Positions 61,021-64,000 of a stretch of 64,000 nucleotides of DNA are shown piece after piece; positions within the stretch are counted from its first letter, which is position 1, and every line of letters starts with the position of its first letter. This DNA comes from Selaginella moellendorffii (lineage: Eukaryota > Plantae > Lycopodiophyta). The stretch is from contig NW_003314449.1 of the NCBI RefSeq assembly GCF_000143415.4, positions 33,326-97,325 on the forward strand, read 5' to 3'. The position numbers and the translations under genes were made by a program. The notes under the pieces are model-generated. The model was not told where the DNA came from. It did not search any database and worked only from the letters and a program-made list of their open reading frames with translations.

Positions 61021-63720
61021 GGTATATTAAGATATGTTAAGGTAAGGAATTTAACCTACCCTAGGACTCACAGTGGAGTGGCAACACAGTGGAGCTTTTG
61101 AGGTAGCTCAGGGGTGGTTAGTTGGTGAAAAACCTCAATAGGTGGCATAGTATAATCTAGGGAAACTAAATCTTTGTTCTTTTACACTAGATCATAACAT
61201 TGGTATCAAAGGAGTTGGTTGCAATGGCCAACCAAGTTGAATGCTAGAATCTTATTATCAATGGTGGTGCTGATGATGATGCCAAAAGAGTTGTGAAGGT
61301 TTTGACCATTCAAGATGTTGTTCATGAGTTGCAAGCCCTTAATCAAAATTAGCAAGATAAGAGATGCATAGCATGATAGATACTATATATGAGTGTCTTG
61401 AGGCACTTGAGGTTGGCCATGGTGGCACTCCAAGTAGATAAATCATCTCAAGATTCCAACATTTTCTAGTGATGGTAGAGGGGACGAGTGTCTTTCTTGG
61501 CTAGCTAATGTGAAGAAGTTCTTGGTTGCTAGAAGAACTCTAGATACAAAGGTTTTAGTGGCTATTCCAATGGGTTTATATGGTGTGTGTCTTTGGTGGT
61601 GGAAGTGACTTAAGGAGTCTTTTATTGTGGATAAGAAAGCACTAATGTCTACCATAGATGAGTTTGAGGCTGCTTTCCATTTATGTTTTGCTCATCACTA
61701 CGACGTGGAGAATGCTTACACAAAACTTTGACATTTCCAGCAACAGAAAGTGACACTTGGGTACTAGATCAGAATAAATCCTACGTTATTAATAGCCTTT
61801 ATAGTGAATGCATGCGACAACATTTGCATGAGGAGCTCTTTGATAAGGCTCGTCGACTTGACAATGATAAACACAAATCTCACAAGCATTCGAGGAGTTC
61901 TTCTGTCAAGAATCATTCTGATGATTGCCGTGGATACAAAGATGGTCACAAGCTGAAGTCTATGGTGGCTACTTTAGATGCAAAGGGGTCAAAAAAGCAA
62001 AAATTCTTTGTGAAGAATTATAGACAGGGTTGTTGTCATTGCAACGAGCTTGGACACTACAAAGCTAATTGTCCATAGCTAAAGAATAAGCAACAGGGGA
62101 AAAAGAATGGCCAATCTTCTACTAACTGTAAGTCAGATACTAAAAAGTTGTAAATTTTGTAGCGTGAGGATGACAGGGATGACCATTCCAGTTAGAGGAA
62201 GAGGCTTTCAATTGTTTCTTGTCAACTCAATTGTATGTGGAATAAAATGGAGCTCAAAAACACTTGTGAATCAGCTTTAATGTTGGAGAGCGTGTTCTGT
62301 GGCTGTCCAATGTAGATTTTACTGGCTAGGGAGAGTGATGACAACTTTGTTTTGGCAAAGTTTATTGAGTATGGCTTGGTAACACAAGGAGTTCTTCCAT
62401 AAAGGGTGGAAGGTGTAACTACCTCTGCTTAGCATTTCGATGCTTGTATAAAGGGGCTAAAATTATTGGTTGGCAAAACCACACTTGTGGAAAACTTTTA
62501 TCTCACAGATATCTATTATATGGATTTTATTCATTGCATACCATAGTTAGTAAAGGTGGATTTGAAGATAAAGTGGAGTATTAAACATGTCTTGCTAAAG
62601 TATGGTGGTATTAAAGATGGTGTGGTTTGAAAAGGGAATTTACCTTCAAATGATTATGCTCTATGTTACATCTTTGAAGTGGGCTTGTCGTAATGGTAAA
62701 GCACTTTCAAGTTATTATTTATTTATGACCTGGGGGACCAAGGCATGTATGGGGCAGAAGCAATAGTACAAAGTTTTTTAATGTTTTTCCATCTGAACTT
62801 CCTCATATGTTACTTCCATTATGAGGTGGAATAGAGAATGGGATTATATTGGAGCCAAGGACATGGCCAATTTACCAATATCAATTCTGATTAAGTTATG
62901 TAGAGGAGCAAGATGTTCAACGACAAATCAAAAAGTTACTTGAGTTTGAATTTCTTTAACCAAGTAAGTTTTCATTTAGTGTTCCAGTCTTGCTCGTGAA
63001 GGACAGTTTAATGCAAATATGTATTGACTACTATGCCTTAAACAAGAAGACAGTGAACAATAAGATGCCAATGCCGCAAAAGGATAATATCTTAAATAAG
63101 CTTAGTGAAGCATGAGTGTTTACCAAAATTGATCTGAGGAGTGGATATCTTTAGATTGCAATAGATAATGCATCTATGGATGGCATTCAATACGAGCTTT
63201 AGGCATTTTGAGTTTACAGTTATGCCATTTAGTTTAACAAATGCACCAGCCATATTTACTTGGTTGATAACAGAGGTATTTAGGTGTTATCTTCATGAGT
63301 TTGTAGAGATTTTCTTGAATGATATTTTTGTTTTTAGCAAGAATATCGAGGAGCATAAGGTGCATTTGCACAAAGTTCTTTTGTTATTATGCAACAGTAA
63401 ACTTTATGTGAAGAAGAGTAAATGTGAATTTACAAAATTGGAGATGGAATATCTAGGTCATATTGTGAATCTAAAAGTGTAAAGACAAATCCAAGGAAGG
63501 AGGCTATAGTGGAGAACTAGCTTACACCAACTTCAATGGCCGAATTATGCAACTTCCGTGGTATAGTTAGTTATTACCAACATTTTCTGGACAAGTTTGT
63601 GGAGGTGGCTATTCCTTTGACACGGTTCTTGTGTAAAAACTATCCATTTGAGTGGAAGAAGCCACATGAGGATAGTTTTGTGGCATTGAAACGATTGGTA
63701 AGTGAGGCTTTAGTGTGTGC
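61021..63720 (+). mobile_element. Decayed family C Gypsy element: partial LTR, PBS, gag with CCHC, protease, RT
   Basis: GATCATAACA TTGGTATCA; CHCNELGHYKANC; MPFSLTNAP; KKSKCEF; many stops. Confidence 0.8.
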
Positions 63721-64000
63721 AAGATACTTAATTTCCTATTCCACTATAGTCACTTAACCACACCTTTGATCATTTGGAGGAGTTTCACTCACAACCTTCA
63801 TAAGTTCTATTCCAAACTTAAAACTTACTAGCCCCAAGAATGGCATCCATACCACTCAACCTTTGCACTTGGTCCAAGTGCTCTACGTGTCTGATCCCAT
63901 GACCAACACTCAAAGTTACCACCGACATATCAGCCTGTTACACTAAGGCCATGCCCATTCACCTTTGCCACATTAGTGGTCTAACACCACTTACATCACA

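Overview
Repeat-dense eukaryotic plant DNA with no ordinary host gene. TTTAGGG repeats, a Tcn1-type chromovirus, a Cassandra LTR and 46-56 nt introns suggest a non-seed plant such as a lycophyte or fern (inference). The main feature is three partial copies (1-10515; 13233-24635, inverted; 35009-37247) of a TIR DNA transposon that reconstructs to about 13.3 kb, with 22-bp TIRs (GCTCTATTTCGTTAAAGTGGGA). It encodes a 1022-aa DUF7869/Sola1-like transposase. A divergent multi-exon cargo unit encodes a ParB-like domain, a degenerate beta-class DNA-methyltransferase-like domain, low-complexity linkers and an FCP1/NIF-type HAD phosphatase. About 27 copies of a 22-bp palindrome (ATGGCRTG-N6-CAYGCCAT) are spread over the element, mostly in introns, UTRs and linker-coding DNA; four mini-introns carry exactly one each. 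This looks like a parS-like or VANC-like self-recognition system (inference). The rest is nested retroelements: Ty3/Gypsy chromoviruses (one family has intron-like inserts in integrase), a self-priming Tcn1-like element with a -1 frameshift, a solo LTR containing a satellite, a Cassandra solo LTR, a chimeric TRIM, LARD-like tandem units, an L1-like LINE fragment and a decayed CACTA-like transposase. Domain assignments are by motif recognition only; no searches were run.
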